NCBI RefSeq assembly: GCF_004010195.1
Contig: NW_025213584.1
Location: 1-34,230 of the forward strand
Reading direction: 5' to 3'
Length of the DNA: 34,230 nucleotides
Source of the DNA: Chiloscyllium plagiosum
Taxonomy: Eukaryota
Below, one piece after another: positions 1-12,257 of the stretch (position 1 is the stretch's first letter; each line of letters begins with the position of its first letter). Made by a program: the position numbers and the translations under genes. The notes under the pieces are model-generated. The model was not told the DNA's origin. It made no database searches and saw only the letters and a list, made by a program, of their open reading frames with translations.

Positions 1-29
1 TCAGTTATAAGGACTGTTTTAAAAATTAC

Positions 30-500
30 TAGAGCAATTATTGTGCAGTGAGATAGGATCAATGGTTGACCTCATAGTTAACACGCGTCTAGTTAACAGC
101 AATCATATGATTACATTTTGTATTCAAATTGAGAGAGAGAAGAAAGGGTCCAAAATTACTTTTTAAACTTAATTCTAATTATGATGACATGAAATCAGAC
201 CTGGCTAAATTGATTAGAAATAATACAGTAGCAGTGGCAGTCACTTAAAGTTTTTATTTCTGAATACATTGGGTAGATATATTCTAACAAAAAAGAAGAA
301 TTCCAAGAGGAGGATCTAGCATTCGAGATTAGCTTTAAAAACAAAAGTTAGTTTTAGTTAGAAAAAAAAATCACATATTTGGGCAAAGATGGGTGGCAGG
401 TTAGAAGATTGAACAGAACATCAAAACCAGCAAAGAGTGACCAAATCATTAATAGTAAGGAAAAAAATTAGATTACCAGAGAAAATGAGCTGGAAACATA
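30..500 (+). mobile_element. Degenerate CR1 LINE ORF2 fragment (endonuclease C-terminus/tether)
   Basis: Decayed coding remnants (e.g. ...YILTKKKNSKRR...) and A-rich composition typical of CR1 ORF2. Confidence 0.55.
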
Positions 501-614
501 GAACTACTGGGCTACTATATTGATCTCCTAATTTAAAGAAGGATGTAAATGAGTTGGAAGCAGATTGATACCTGGTTATAGACTGATTTGGAGGTGCCGG
601 TTATAGACTGGGCT

Positions 615-1020
615 TGCACTGGGCTGGAATTTAGAGTAAGAGGTGACTTGCTCGAAACGTATAACATCCAAAGGGGTCTTGACAGGTTGCACAGAGAAAG
701 GGTTTTCATCTTGTGGGGGAATCCAGAACTAGAGGTCACTGTAAAAATCAGGGATCATCCATTTAACACAAAGTTGAGAAGAACTTTTTTTTTAACAAAG
801 GCTCATGAGTATTTGGAACACTCTTCCCCAAAAACGGTTGAAGCAGAGTCTTTGAATATTTTTAAAGCAAAGGTAGGTAGAGCCTTGATTAACAAGGGGG
901 TGAAAATTTATCAAGCATTAGTGGAAATGTAGAATAATCAGATTAGCCATGATTGTATTGAATGGCTGAGCATGCTTGAGGGGCTAAGTGGTCTTGACCT
1001 CTTAATTTGTATGTTTGTAA
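615..1020 (+). mobile_element. CR1 LINE 3' end fragment
   Basis: EFRVRGDLLETYNIQRGLDR...KIRDHPFNTKLRRTFF (CR1 ORF2 C-terminal RGDLIExYK motif), followed by the 3' UTR ...gccatgattgtattgaatggc... Confidence 0.85.
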
Positions 1021-2187
1021 GTGTAACAATAGGTTAGGCGTCAAATCTAGTTTGCAACATACTTTAAGTGGAATTTAAGAACCTTGGATGAGAAGAAAGG
1101 AGTAGAAGTCAATTCCTTTCTGTATGGTGAGTTGAGTGGTAGAGGGCTGTTAATCAGGTGGAAAGGTGGCTGATGGGTCCACACTGTTTTCTCACCTCCA
1201 ACCAATTAAATTCTGTAATGGGAAGGCCAGTGGATCTACCTCCCTGTCTTATTGTCATTTGAGGCCCTTTTGGGCAATGGACATTTAAGGGATTCATCTC
1301 ACTGTCACTTCTATTACAATATAGTAAGTTTAGGGATTGCTTGTTGATGGTAAGACTAGTAAAATCCATATGTTGCCTGTGGTTTCCTGGAGGTAGGGTG
1401 AGGTGTCCCTTGTTTAAAAGCACTTTGTACCTAACATTCCATCCCTGATCTCTTGGTACCCAAGATTTCCCTCCACCCTTCCTACTCACCCCTTGCCCCC
1501 ATGTGGATAGCTGTTTGAGGTATTAGGCGCAAGACTAATGTGCTCCTGCTATGTTGTGTAATATAGTTGGTGATTTATGTTGCTGCATTGTAAACAGTGC
1601 TTTCAGCTTCAGCTGTTGATTGGCTTTAGCTAATATTTGCTTCTTTTCCTTGCCAGTGGGGTGGAGCTTGTCTGTTTATGTGATCTTTGCACGATGATGC
1701 AATGACTTTAATGATTCAGCAGGAGATTTTATTTAAAAATATATTGGTTCATTTTTTTTTTGTCGATTTTGATTATTCCTCTCTAGTAGCTCATGCTAAG
1801 AAATCTCGGCACTCCTTCCCAACATTTTATACCCATTAGTGCTGATGAAACTATTGAGGTGAATATCTTCATCTTGCAAACATGAAGCTTTTTCCTGGAA
1901 GCATACCTTTGTTAAATCTGTCCTTAAGTTTTCTCTCCAAATTTCCTAATGATGCATATGTAGAATAAATCTGTTTTCAGAGCTGTTTTGAGTATTTTTG
2001 AAGACAAACAAATGTTGACGTTTTTGTGTTGTGCACACTTTATTTTCTGCTTAAAAAATTACCATTGTAATTAAGATTTATTTTAATTTGCATTAGAAGT
2101 AAAATCTCATCTTTAAAACAGGTAATGGTTATATGTTTTTTTATAATGCAAATTGTGCAGCAAAGTTTCAATTTGTTTCAATTACAG

Positions 2188-2447
2188 GGCATTTGAAACA
2201 GATTGATCCTGAGACATTTAAAGATTTTTACAACTTTTGGAAGGAATCTGAGACTGAGGCACAAGAAGTTAACCTCCCTCTGGAAGTGATAGAGCGCTTG
2301 GACAAAAATGAATGTGTTTATAAATTATCATCATCTGTGAAAACCAATTATGGTGTGGGCAAAATTGCACTGACACAGAAGCGACTGTTTCTTCTTATAG
2401 AGGGAAGACCTGGCTATGTTGAGATTGCCAAATTTAGAGATATACTG
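2188..2447 (+). CDS. DENND3: DENND3 internal coding exon 1 of 10 in window (upstream exons lie outside the window)
   Basis: ttacag acceptor and gtaata donor. Encodes (G)[30 protein letters not shown]...[42 protein letters not shown], matching vertebrate DENND3 ([17 protein letters not shown]...). Phase 1 to 0. Confidence 0.95.
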
Positions 2448-2864
2448 GTAATACTTGAGAATAATGGTTACAATTTATACATTTTTAATGATTTTGTAAT
2501 TATTTTGTCTCCTTACGTTATAGAGATGATCCTCTGTTCTACACAAGTAGCAGGAAATAGGCAACCAAAGCAAGATTGCTGCCCAATTATACAAGTCCAT
2601 GTTTTTCTCATATCACAGTTAACCAGTTATATGATAAATGAATCAAGATTTAATAGATTTGTTCTAGAAAGATAATAATTTAGTTAATTGTTGCTGAAAG
2701 AATAGTATATTTTTAACTGTATGATCTGGTCAAACTTTTTAAATTAAAAGCATTGGTCTGTTATTGGAAAACACCAGCTGTGCAATAGAATGCTTAATAT
2801 TTAGTTGACTGATCATTTAGAGCTTTTGATCTTCATTAAGCAATACATAACTGAGCTTGAAAGT

Positions 2865-3345
2865 TTAGACATAGAAAATCAGAGCAGAATAGGCCATCCA
2901 ACCCTTCAAGCTTACTCTGCCATTCAATATGATCACGGCGATCATCCAACTCAACACTCTGTTCTTGCTTTCTCCCTGAACCTGTTGATTCTTTTAGCCC
3001 TATGAACTAACTTCTTCTTGAAAACATTCAATGTTTTGGCCTCAACTGCTTTGTGTGGCAGAGATTTCCACGGGTTCACTACTCTCAGGATGAAGAAATT
3101 TCTTCTCATCTCAGTCCTAAATAGCCTTCCCTGAGATGTGACCCCAGTTCTTTCCAGGATCTGGGAACAGCCTTCATTTACACTGTCTAGAACTTTATAG
3201 GTTCCTATGAAATCCTCTTATTCTTCTAAACTCCAGTGCATATAGTCCTAACCAATCCAGTCTTCCTTCATGTCAGTCCTACTGTCCCAGGAATTGGTCT
3301 GGTAACCAGAACTACTATGGGATGTAAATTATCAGGCCCTGGGAA
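2865..3345 (-). mobile_element. CR1 LINE 3' fragment with internal deletions
   Basis: Reverse-oriented CR1 3' UTR and ORF2 end (ctctgccattcaatatgatca; atgaagaaatttcttctcatctcagtcctaaa; cttctaaactccag). Confidence 0.8.
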
Positions 3346-3514
3346 ACATTGTTTGGAAATATTGTGAATAATTGAGCAGGGATAGAGACCTGAATGATCA
3401 TCTAGAAATAGGAAAATTCATTAATTTTCATCACAGTCCAAAAATTGCAGTACAAAATGGGATAGTTCTTGGAACAGAATGTACTCCCTGAAACATTGTC
3501 TTCCTGTTTAACAA

Positions 3515-3799
3515 ATTAGATTAGATTAGATTACTTACAGTGTCGAAACAGGCCCTTCGGCCCAACAAGTCCACACCGACCCTCCGAAGATCAACCCACC
3601 CAGACCCATTCCCCTACATTTACCCCTTCACCTAACACTATGGGCAATTTAGCATAGCCAATTCACCTAAACTGCACATTTTTGGACTGTGGGAGGAAAC
3701 CGGAGCACCTGGAGGAAACCCATGTAGACACGGGGCGAATATGCAAACACCACACAGACAGTTGCCTGAGGCAGGAATTGAATCCAGATCTCTGGCGCT
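3515..3799 (-). mobile_element. HE1-like V-SINE, 5'-truncated
   Basis: V-domain (ggactgtgggaggaaaccggagcacc...), B-box-like gaattgaatcc, LINE-derived tail ending in (TTAGA)3 on the + strand. Highly similar to 6668-6976. Confidence 0.9.
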
Positions 3800-3866
3800 C
3801 TAATCAATGGATTTGTTGAGTGTTACCTTATTTTTCATTGTCAATACTTTTCTTCTCAATTGTTAG

Positions 3867-4034
3867 GAACTTGAAAACATTTCAGTGATGTTTTTCCCAC
3901 TTCGAATCCCAGCTCTCAAAATTAAAACTACTCATAAGGAACCATTTATTGGAAACCTGAAGAATGAACGTGATCTTTGGCTGCTAATTGTGAAGGAAAT
4001 GTGGGCTGGGAGAAAAATGGCTGATAAGCACAAG
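3867..4034 (+). CDS. DENND3: DENND3 coding exon 2 of 10
   Basis: tgttag acceptor, gtttga donor, 168 bp. ELENISVMFFPLRIPALKIKTTHKEPFIGNLKNERDLWLLIVKEMWAGRKMADKHK. Phase 0 to 0. Confidence 0.93.
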
Positions 4035-4619
4035 GTTTGAGACTTTGTTTTGAAATACTTGATGGTGTAAATGTCTTTTGACCTTTTTTAAAAAAAAAAT
4101 CCATTCATCAGGTATACAAACTCCATTTATTTAGCACAAATCTTGTTGCAATTTGTGATCTTTGACCCATGATCTTATGCTTCTTGTCAGCATCTCCTAG
4201 TTTTACAGCAATTTTTTCAGAAGAGAGAGAAAAAACAAAAGTGGTATTTGAATGCTCTTTAAGAAAAAAGTCCCTAGCAGCAAAAGTTAAAGAACTATGG
4301 CTGAATTTAACCATCAGTATAATATTCATAAAATTGGATGTGCTACTAAAGAGGGACATAATGTAGGCCAGAAGTGACTGGTGGTCCTTATCCATTTGGA
4401 AGAAATACATACATGGTGGTGGCATCTGTATCTTGGGCAAACAAGAGGTTAAGGAAGCTTAATGGTAGTAAGCTGCCAAGAGTGGAAGGTATCGAATCTG
4501 GAGGTGACAGAACTTGGAGATGCGCATAAAGTTGCCAGTGGTAGATAATCCTGATAAGAGGCAGAGATGAACGTTGTTACAAAGTTGAAATTAAGGAAAC
4601 TTGAAGGTTATTGGGATCT

Positions 4620-5500
4620 TTGCTTTTCTTGGTGTATGCAAATCTTGGTTTGTAATGGATAATTTCAAAATTTGCAAATGACCCTAAATTTTGAAGAACT
4701 GTAAGCTGAGGAGGATAGTGCAGAATTTCAAAACAACATTGGCGAACTGGGGGTATATGTGGCAGGTGAAATTCAATGCAAAGAACGTTAGGTGATATAC
4801 TTCAGTTCAAAGAACGTGGAAAGGTTGCATAAAATAAAGAGTATTATTCTAAAGGTGTGTAGGAGCAGAAACCTGGGTGTATATGTACTTATGTCATTAA
4901 TGGTGGCAGGACAAGTGGACAGAACTGGTAATAAATTATACTGTATTCTAGGCATCATTAATAGTGGATGAAATGCAAGAACAGGGAGGTTATGATGAAC
5001 TGATATAAACATTGATTAAGTACTATGTGTAGTTCTGGTTATCTCGTTACAAGATGAGTTTGAATGCATTAGGTAGAGTTCAGGAGAGGTTTATAAGAAT
5101 GGTTCCAGGGAAGAATCACTTTAGTCATGAGGAAAGAATGGACAAGTTTGGATTGTTTTTGTTGGACAGCAGAAATCTAATAGGAGATTTGATAGAAGTG
5201 TTCAAAATCATGAATAGTCTGGATCGAGTAGATAGAGGCAAATTGTTCATAATGGTTAAAGGTTTGAGAGCTATTTTGCAATCAGAGAAAATGTGAGTTG
5301 GGGAAACCATTTTCACACAGCCAGAAGTTTGAGTCTGGATTGCACTGTCTGCAGGTTCAACTGAGGCATTGAAGTGGGGCACTGGATAATTATTTAAACA
5401 GAAACAATGCACAGGTTTACTGGAAAAGACAAGAGATTGGCAGCAAGTTAAAGTCCTCAGAAAACTAGTGCAGACATGCTGTGCTGAATGGCCTTGTTGT
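4620..5500 (+). mobile_element. CR1 LINE RT and 3' end, degenerate
   Basis: ISKFA(N)D (decayed KFADD), RVQERFIRMVPG, GDLIEVFKIM, and a 3' tail ...gctgaatggcc. Confidence 0.85.
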
Positions 5501-6040
5501 AGAATGTTACAGTGCAGTACAGACCCCTCGGCCTTGATGTTGCATCGACCTGTGGAACCAGTCTGAAACCAATCTATCTTACACTATTCCATTTTCCTCC
5601 ATATGTTTATTCAATGTCTATTTAAATGCCCTACTGATGCAGGCAGTGTGTTCCACACCCCTACTACTCTCCGAGTAAAGAAATAACCTCTGACATCTGT
5701 CCTCTTTCTATCGCCCTTCAATTAAAGCTATGTCCCCTCGTACTAGTCATCACCATCCAAGCAAAAAAGGATCTTACTGTCCACCTTATCTAACCCTCTG
5801 ATTATCTTGTGTATCTCAATTAAGTCACCTCTCAACCTTTTTCTCTCTAATGAAAACAGCCTCAAGTCTCTCAGCCTTTCCTCATAAGACCTTCCCTCCA
5901 TAGCAGGCAACATCCTGGTAAATCTCCTCTGAACCCTTTCCAAAGCTTCCACATCCTTCCTATAATATGGTGACCAGAACTGTATGCAATACGCCAAGTG
6001 CAGTTGCACCAGAGTTTTGTACAGCTGCAATATGACCTTG
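5500..6040 (-). mobile_element. CR1 LINE 3' end
   Basis: ORF 5743-6153: LYKTLVQLHLAYCIQFWSPYYRKDVEALERVQRRFTRMLP...FSLERKRLRGDLIEIHKIIRGLDKV. Confidence 0.92.
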
Positions 6041-6044
6041 TTCT

Positions 6045-6325
6045 TCTGTACTAAACCTACCTGTGTTACCTGGTCTCGCCTACATGTGACTTCAGAGCCA
6101 CAGCAATGTGGGTGACTCTGAACTGCCTTATGAAATGATGTAACATGGCACACAGTTGTATCAATTGTTTAAAAAGTCTCAAAAAAGAATTAAAACTGGA
6201 CAGACTACCTGGCATCAACCTAGCGCACTGGAAATAACAACAGCAAACTCACCCCTGTCAATGTGAAAAGCCTTCCTTACCAACACCTGGGAGCTAGCCT
6301 GAGATGACTGTCTCACAGGCTAGAC
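6045..6325 (+). mobile_element. L2/CR1-clade LINE or related SINE fragment
   Basis: gcctacatgtgacttcagagccacagcaatgtgggtgactct motif, also present in reverse orientation at about 17445-17490. Confidence 0.55.
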
Positions 6326-6667
6326 AATTTTCCAGTGTCAATTATGAAAATTGAGGCAGAAGTGGCAAACTGAGGTGAGACTTTTGAACTTGTTTCTGCA
6401 TGGTTTTGCTTCTCTGACATGACAGGAGGCTAACTGATGCAAAGCGTGTAACAGTCACAATTATTTGAGGCCATAAGTTTTAATCTTTGTTGAAAAAAAC
6501 TGAATTTTCAGTGAATCCAATTTGAGGCCAGATTAGTGACTCAGTGGATGTGTTGTGAATACAATTGCCATTCTCACATACAAAGAATTGTATGCTGTCT
6601 CCAAAAGAAAAAAAAGAAGAGTAACTTATTGTGCCAATGCTGCATGTAGTTGCAGTCATTTCAATTA

Positions 6668-6976
6668 ATTAGATTACTTACAGTGTGGAAACAGGCCCTT
6701 CGGCCCAACAACACCACACTGACCTGCCGAAGCGCACCCACCCAAACCCATTCCCCTACATTTACTCCTGCACCTAACACTACGGGCAATTTAGCCAATT
6801 CACCTAACCTGCACATTTTTGGACTGTGGGAGGAAACTGGAGCACCCAGAGGAAACCCACGCAGACACGGGGAGAATATGCAAACTCCACACAGTCAGTC
6901 GCCTGAGGTGGGAATTGAACCTGGGTCTCTGGCGCTGTGAGGCAGCAGTGCTAACCACTGTGCCACCATGACGCCC
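6668..6976 (-). mobile_element. Full-length HE1-like tRNA-derived V-SINE
   Basis: Minus strand: A box TGGCACAGTGG, B box GGTTCAATTCC, V-domain GTGTGGAGTTTGCATATTCTCCCCGTGTCTGCGTGGGTTTCC, and a LINE-like tail. Confidence 0.92.
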
Positions 6977-7514
6977 ACAAATTGTTTTGTTATCGTGCAG
7001 TTGAGATATGAAAGTGGCAAAGTTTGCCAGGAGGAGCAAGCAGTGAGCTGCTGCCACCAGGTAACTGTTCTGAATTTCATCCTGGGAACTGATGTCATCT
7101 CCTTCCTCAGTAAGGAGGGGAGAATCGAGAACCACATGGAAAAAGGCAAGATTAGATGATAATGGGATGCAAATGAATGGGAGTAAGAAACTTGTGGCTT
7201 CTTAGCGAGATTCAGAGCTTGTTATTTGACGCTGTAGTGGAAAATTGGAAACTCTTTTCATAATGTCAGGAATGTGATTCTCACTTGCATTCATTCTCCA
7301 CCTTCTCCCATTGCCCACAACATTTGAAGCAATGGAAAATTCCATCCACAGATTCCAGACTGATGTGTTCTTTCCCTAAGATCTTGCTACTTTGAATATC
7401 CTTATTTCTAAAATCTTTAACTCATTGTAGAAGCCAGTATTGTTCCAACATTTTGAAGATGAGCATAAAGTGTTTAATTTACCAACAGTAGTGTTTCCTT
7501 AATTTTGTTTTTAG

Positions 7515-7644
7515 GACCCACAGTACATTCAGCAAGCACTAACCAATGTTCTGTTAATGGATGCTGTGGTTGGATGCATGCAGTCTCCTCGAGCTATTTA
7601 TGCAGCTTCCAGATTGGCTTATTTTGACCGAATGAAAAATACGG
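7515..7644 (+). CDS. DENND3: DENND3 coding exon 3 of 10
   Basis: tttttag acceptor, gtaaga donor. [43 protein letters not shown]. Phase 0 to 1. Confidence 0.95.
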
Positions 7645-7774
7645 GTAAGAATAAGGAAAGTTTTATTTTAATTTTCACGAACTTTTGAAATTGTCTAATT
7701 TACATACTCTGCATTAATATTAGTTCTTTATTGCAACTTAAACATGAGTATAAAAATGTTAGCCAATAGTGATT

Positions 7775-9225
7775 TAGGGTCATACAGCGTGGAAACAGGC
7801 CCTTTGGCCTCCACTTGTCTATGCTGACCAGATTTCCTAAATGGAACTAGTCCCTTTTTCCTGCGTTTGGCTTATATCCCTCTAAACTTTACCTATCTGT
7901 GTACCTGACCAAATGTCTTTTAAATGTTGTAATTGTATTTGCCTCTACTACTTCCTCTGGCAACTCAATCCATACATGCACCACCCGCTGTATGAAACAG
8001 TTGCCCCTCAGGTCCCTTTTAAATCTTGTCCCTCTAACATTAAACCGATAGTTTTGGACTTGCCTATCTTTTGAGAAAAGACCTTGGCTACTCACTTTGT
8101 CTATGCCCCTCATGGTTTTATAAACCTCTAGTAGGTCACCCTTCAGCCTCCTACCTTGCAGGAAAGAAAGTCCAGCCTCTTCTTATTATTCAAACCTTCC
8201 AATGTCAGTAACATCCTTGTAAATCTTTTAAGCACCCTTTCCAGTTTAATAACATCCTATATATCTCTGACCAATGAAGGCAAATGTACCTAATGCATTC
8301 TTCATTACTCTGTCTACCGTGACACCACTGTTGAGGAACTGTGTACTTGCACCCAACAACTCTCCCCAGGGCCCTACCGTTAATGGTAAGTCCTGTCCTG
8401 GTTTGTCTTTCCAAAATGTAACACTTCACATTGATCTAAATTAAACTTCACCTACCATTCCTTGGTCCACTAGCCCAGCTAATCATGATCTGTTGTACTC
8501 TTAGATAACCCTCTTCACTGTCCATTACTCCACTAATTTTGGTGTCATCCACAAACTTACTAACCATGCCCTCCTATATTCTCACCCAAATTGTTTATAT
8601 AAATGATGAATAGCAATGGACCTAACACTGATCCTTGAGGTCACCATCCTCCAGTCTGAACAACACCACCCTCTCTTGCTTACTGTCAAGCCAATTTTGT
8701 TTCTAATTGGCTGGCTGGTTCCCATGTGATCTAACCTCACTAACCAGTCTCACATGGGGAACCTTGTCAAAGGCCTTGCTAAAGTCTATGTAGACAATAT
8801 CTATCACTCTGCCTTCATCTATTGTGGCCATCTCTTCAAAGAAAAGCTCAATCAAATTTGTGAGATTCTCCACTCATAGAGCCATGTTGACTATCCCTAG
8901 TCAGTCCTTGCCTTTCCAAAAGCATGTAGATCCTGTGTCTGAGTCCCCTCCAACAACTTATCCACCACTGATGTTAAGCTCACTGGCTTTTACTTGCAGC
9001 CTTTCTTCAATAACGGCACAACATTAGCTGTTCTCCAGTACTCTGGCCTTTCATCTATGGCTGGTGATGATACACATATCTCTGCTAGGTGCCCATAATT
9101 TCTTCCCTAGCTTCGGACAATATCCTAGGACACTCTTGATCAGGTTCCAGAGTTTTATCTACCTATATGCATTTTAAAGCCTCTGGCACCACCTCTTCTG
9201 TAATGTGGATTCTTTTCTAGACATC
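7775..9225 (-). mobile_element. CR1 LINE (RT to 3' end), degenerate
   Basis: Minus-strand IVYIDFSKAFDKVP, SKFVDDTKI, RGIDKV...RFKRDLRGNCFIQRVV, and 3' tail. Confidence 0.9.
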
Positions 9226-9439
9226 CTTATAGAAATGTCTTCCAGAATGTTAGTATGTTGACAGGCTCATCTTTATTCACAAACAGTATACTCAAATTCA
9301 TGAGGAAATTGTGCCCATTTTTATGAACTAAATTGAAGAAAATGGCTAATACCCAATTTTTAAAAATCTTGAAACACACAGCTGCCACATGCAGAGACTA
9401 CATAGTTAATGGGCATAATGTTCTCATGTGTTCAAACTT

Positions 9440-10885
9440 AAAGGTGAGGTGAGAGTGACTGCACTTGATATCAGTGCTACATTTGTTGAGTGTGGTAAGA
9501 AGGAGACCAAACGAAAGTAGAGTCATTGATAAAACTCTTCATTGGTTGGAGACATATCTGGCACAAGGGAAGATAATTATGGTTGTTAGAAATCAATCAT
9601 CCCAGCTCTGCAGGAATTCCTCAGATTACTGTCCAAGATCTAACCATCTTCAACTGCTTCTCAATGACCTTCCCTTGATTAAAGGGGCAGCAGTGGGAAT
9701 GTTCACTGATTGCACAATGTTCAACACCATTTCACACTCTTCAGATACTGAAGCAGTCCATATCCAAATGCAGCAAGATGTGGATTGTTTAGGCCAGGTT
9801 TCGGCTGACAGATAGCAAGCTATTACCGAATTAACAGTAAAATCTGGCCAGGACCTCAACCAACAGTGGTCTGATGCTGAGGTTGGAAGTGTCCAGGGCT
9901 CTAACCTTGTGCAGTATTGATCTTTGAAGTTCTGCTGTTGAGTTGTTCTGGTATTTGATTCTTATATAGATTTTCATTCTTTGGTCTCTGAGGTGATGTA
10001 TTGATGATTTCTTTCATCCAAGTTATTTGAAGACTGTAGCTAACTTCTGTATAAAAAGTAATTTCTTTGTTTATTATTACATTTGGCATTGACTGTTTGT
10101 TTGAAGACGCAGCTTTCCTGTGGTTATCTCCTTAAAATCTGTGGAGCAGTCCTTGCCCTTCATATTCATAAAGCATCCAGTTTATCAAGCAGGTGTCAAA
10201 GCAGTTTTGTTTCTATAATCTCACCAAGACATGGCTAATTGCTTGAATCTCATGTAACAACTTGCCTTTGTTCCTTAACAGCTTATTGCAGACACTGTTA
10301 TTGCTATGTGTAATAGTATTTTTTTGATTTGTTAAGTCTGTGACCAGTTAGTAACACTCTGAAGTATGGGCCATCCATACAACATTGTGGCTACAAGAGC
10401 AGGTCAGAGGCTAAGAATCCTACAGCAAGCAAGTCATCTCTTGACTCCTTATAGCCTGTCCACCATCCAGGTCAAAGTCAGGACCGTGTTGGAATACTGT
10501 CCACTTGCTTGGAAGAGCGCAGCTCCAACAACATTCCAGAAACTTGTCACTTCAAATTCACTAAAGCTCCTTAGACAACACCTTACAAATTCATGATCAT
10601 TATCACCTAGAAGGACAAGGATAGTGGAATCATGGGAACACTGCCATCTACATGTTCCCCTGTAAGCCACTCATTATTCTGACTTGGAAATATGCCACCA
10701 TTCCTTCAGTTTTGCTGGGTCAAAATTCTGGAATTGCCGCCCTGATGGGAATTGTGAGTGGACTCCAAATAGACTGTAGCAATTTAATAAGACAGCTCAC
10801 CATCCGCTTCACAAGGGCAATTGCGGATGGGCAATCAATGCTGGACCAATCAGCAATGCTAAAACACATGAATGAATAATAAAAA
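9440..10885 (+). mobile_element. L2/CR1-clade LINE 3' portion, interrupted by unrelated sequence at about 9820-10355
   Basis: EVRVTALDI, LHWLETYLAQ, NDLP..VGMFTD (RT). Resumes with VATRAGQRLRIL...VRTVLEYCPLAW and ends in ...atgaatgaataataaaaa. Confidence 0.75.
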
Positions 10886-10967
10886 GTACTCAACGTTTTA
10901 TTGGCCAGCATTTTCTAATTATTAGATTTCTGTGTCCAATTTCACTTGTACCTTGAATTTTTCCTAG

Positions 10968-11066
10968 TGCTTCCGAAAACAACTTCAGAAACTTTGAAAC
11001 ACAAGGTAAACCCTTCTGCTGGCCAAACAAGTCCTCAGGCTGTGAATGCACTTTTATATACACCAG
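10968..11066 (+). CDS. DENND3: DENND3 coding exon 4 of 10
   Basis: tttcctag acceptor, gtaaga donor, 99 bp. (V)[32 protein letters not shown](G). Phase 1 to 1. Confidence 0.9.
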
Positions 11067-12257
11067 GTAAGAATAAAAGTCTATCGTTTTGTTAGTAGGT
11101 ATTGCATAATTGAGATAATAGATCTGATTTTGAAATGGTAATAGAAATGCTAAGCTTGTTGTCATTACTCCAGTGAAATCGACTGCAGATGTTCAGAATA
11201 ACATGAAATAAAAGTCAAATGTTACTGTTAATGAGCCTCTATCCTCTGGGTCTTCAGGCCCCTTGATTGCAATCAACAGGAAATTTACAAATTGTTGCAA
11301 ATCTTCAATTTGAGGCTGTTTGTCTCTCGAAAAAAATCCTTAAAGTTAAATCTTAATCCAATCATATTTATTTTGCTGCATTCAATTTTAAGTTAAAAGC
11401 ACTGTGATTAACTGTTATCACTGCATATGCACCATTGCAGATCCTATGGATTGGCACTGATTTCATCAGGAGAAAGGAAGTCTGTGCCAGAGGTTCTCTG
11501 AGTCAATGCTTCTATTATGTATTTCTCCACCGTAGTCCTGTTTTGATGCTGGGAATTTGGGTGTGACCACAGACTAGGGTGAGGTGGCTTTGAAGACAGG
11601 AAGACGGGTCAGCATCAGTAGGGGATGGGAGCTTGAAGAGCAGACAACAAAGTTCCTTTTCACCTGCCAGGTTTGCATATTCTGTTGAATATAATGATCT
11701 GGCCTCGGAGCTTTTTTTCTTTAGGCGGCACCCATTGCACCTCTGCAAGACAAAACGTTGCCTGCATGTCATCAGGTCTTGGAGCTGATGCCAGGGCTGT
11801 TCTACCAAAGTGAATGTTCCACAGTCACTCTTGAATCTTCAAAGGAGAGAGAGATTTTAATTGCCCAGCAGCCTCAGTGAGAGTGGGAGACCCACAGTTA
11901 GGCAATATCTGTACCAGATCCTTGGCATCATTCCTTTAAGTGTATGGCACGTCTTTCTTACTGAACAAAAGTACTGGACAAATAATCTTGTCAGACCTTG
12001 TAAGATTGAACAAGTTTATTTGGTTTGACGGCCCATCATTTTCTGTGGTTTTATGTTGCATTTTAATAATTTACATGAAAATCAGCAGAACTGTGATGAA
12101 AAGGAATGATTTTATTGCACGAAACCAGTATTGATATCCAGGCAATATCGTAACATGGTGTACAAAAGGATCATTGACACAATTGAATTCCAGCATAAAT
12201 TCTGGCCTTCAGGAGAGAATGGTCAGGAGCAAAAAATATAGGGATGGGTAAAGAATT

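Noticed and set aside
1154..1489. 111-aa minus ORF
   Set aside because: No recognisable protein similarity; probably a chance ORF in degraded repeat sequence.
1787..1860. AG...GT-bounded open stretch that might be an upstream DENND3 exon
   Set aside because: No resemblance to the expected DENND3 sequence, and its phase does not fit the phase-1 start of the next exon.
2133..2675. 180-aa ORF as a standalone gene
   Set aside because: Only 2188-2447 matches DENND3 and is bounded by splice sites; the flanks are intronic read-through.
6880..6976. tRNA gene
   Set aside because: The A/B boxes are the tRNA-derived head of a V-SINE, followed by the V-domain and LINE tail.
11515..11940. 97-aa minus ORF in a GC-richer stretch
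   Set aside because: No recognisable domain or splice support; probably an unclassified old repeat.
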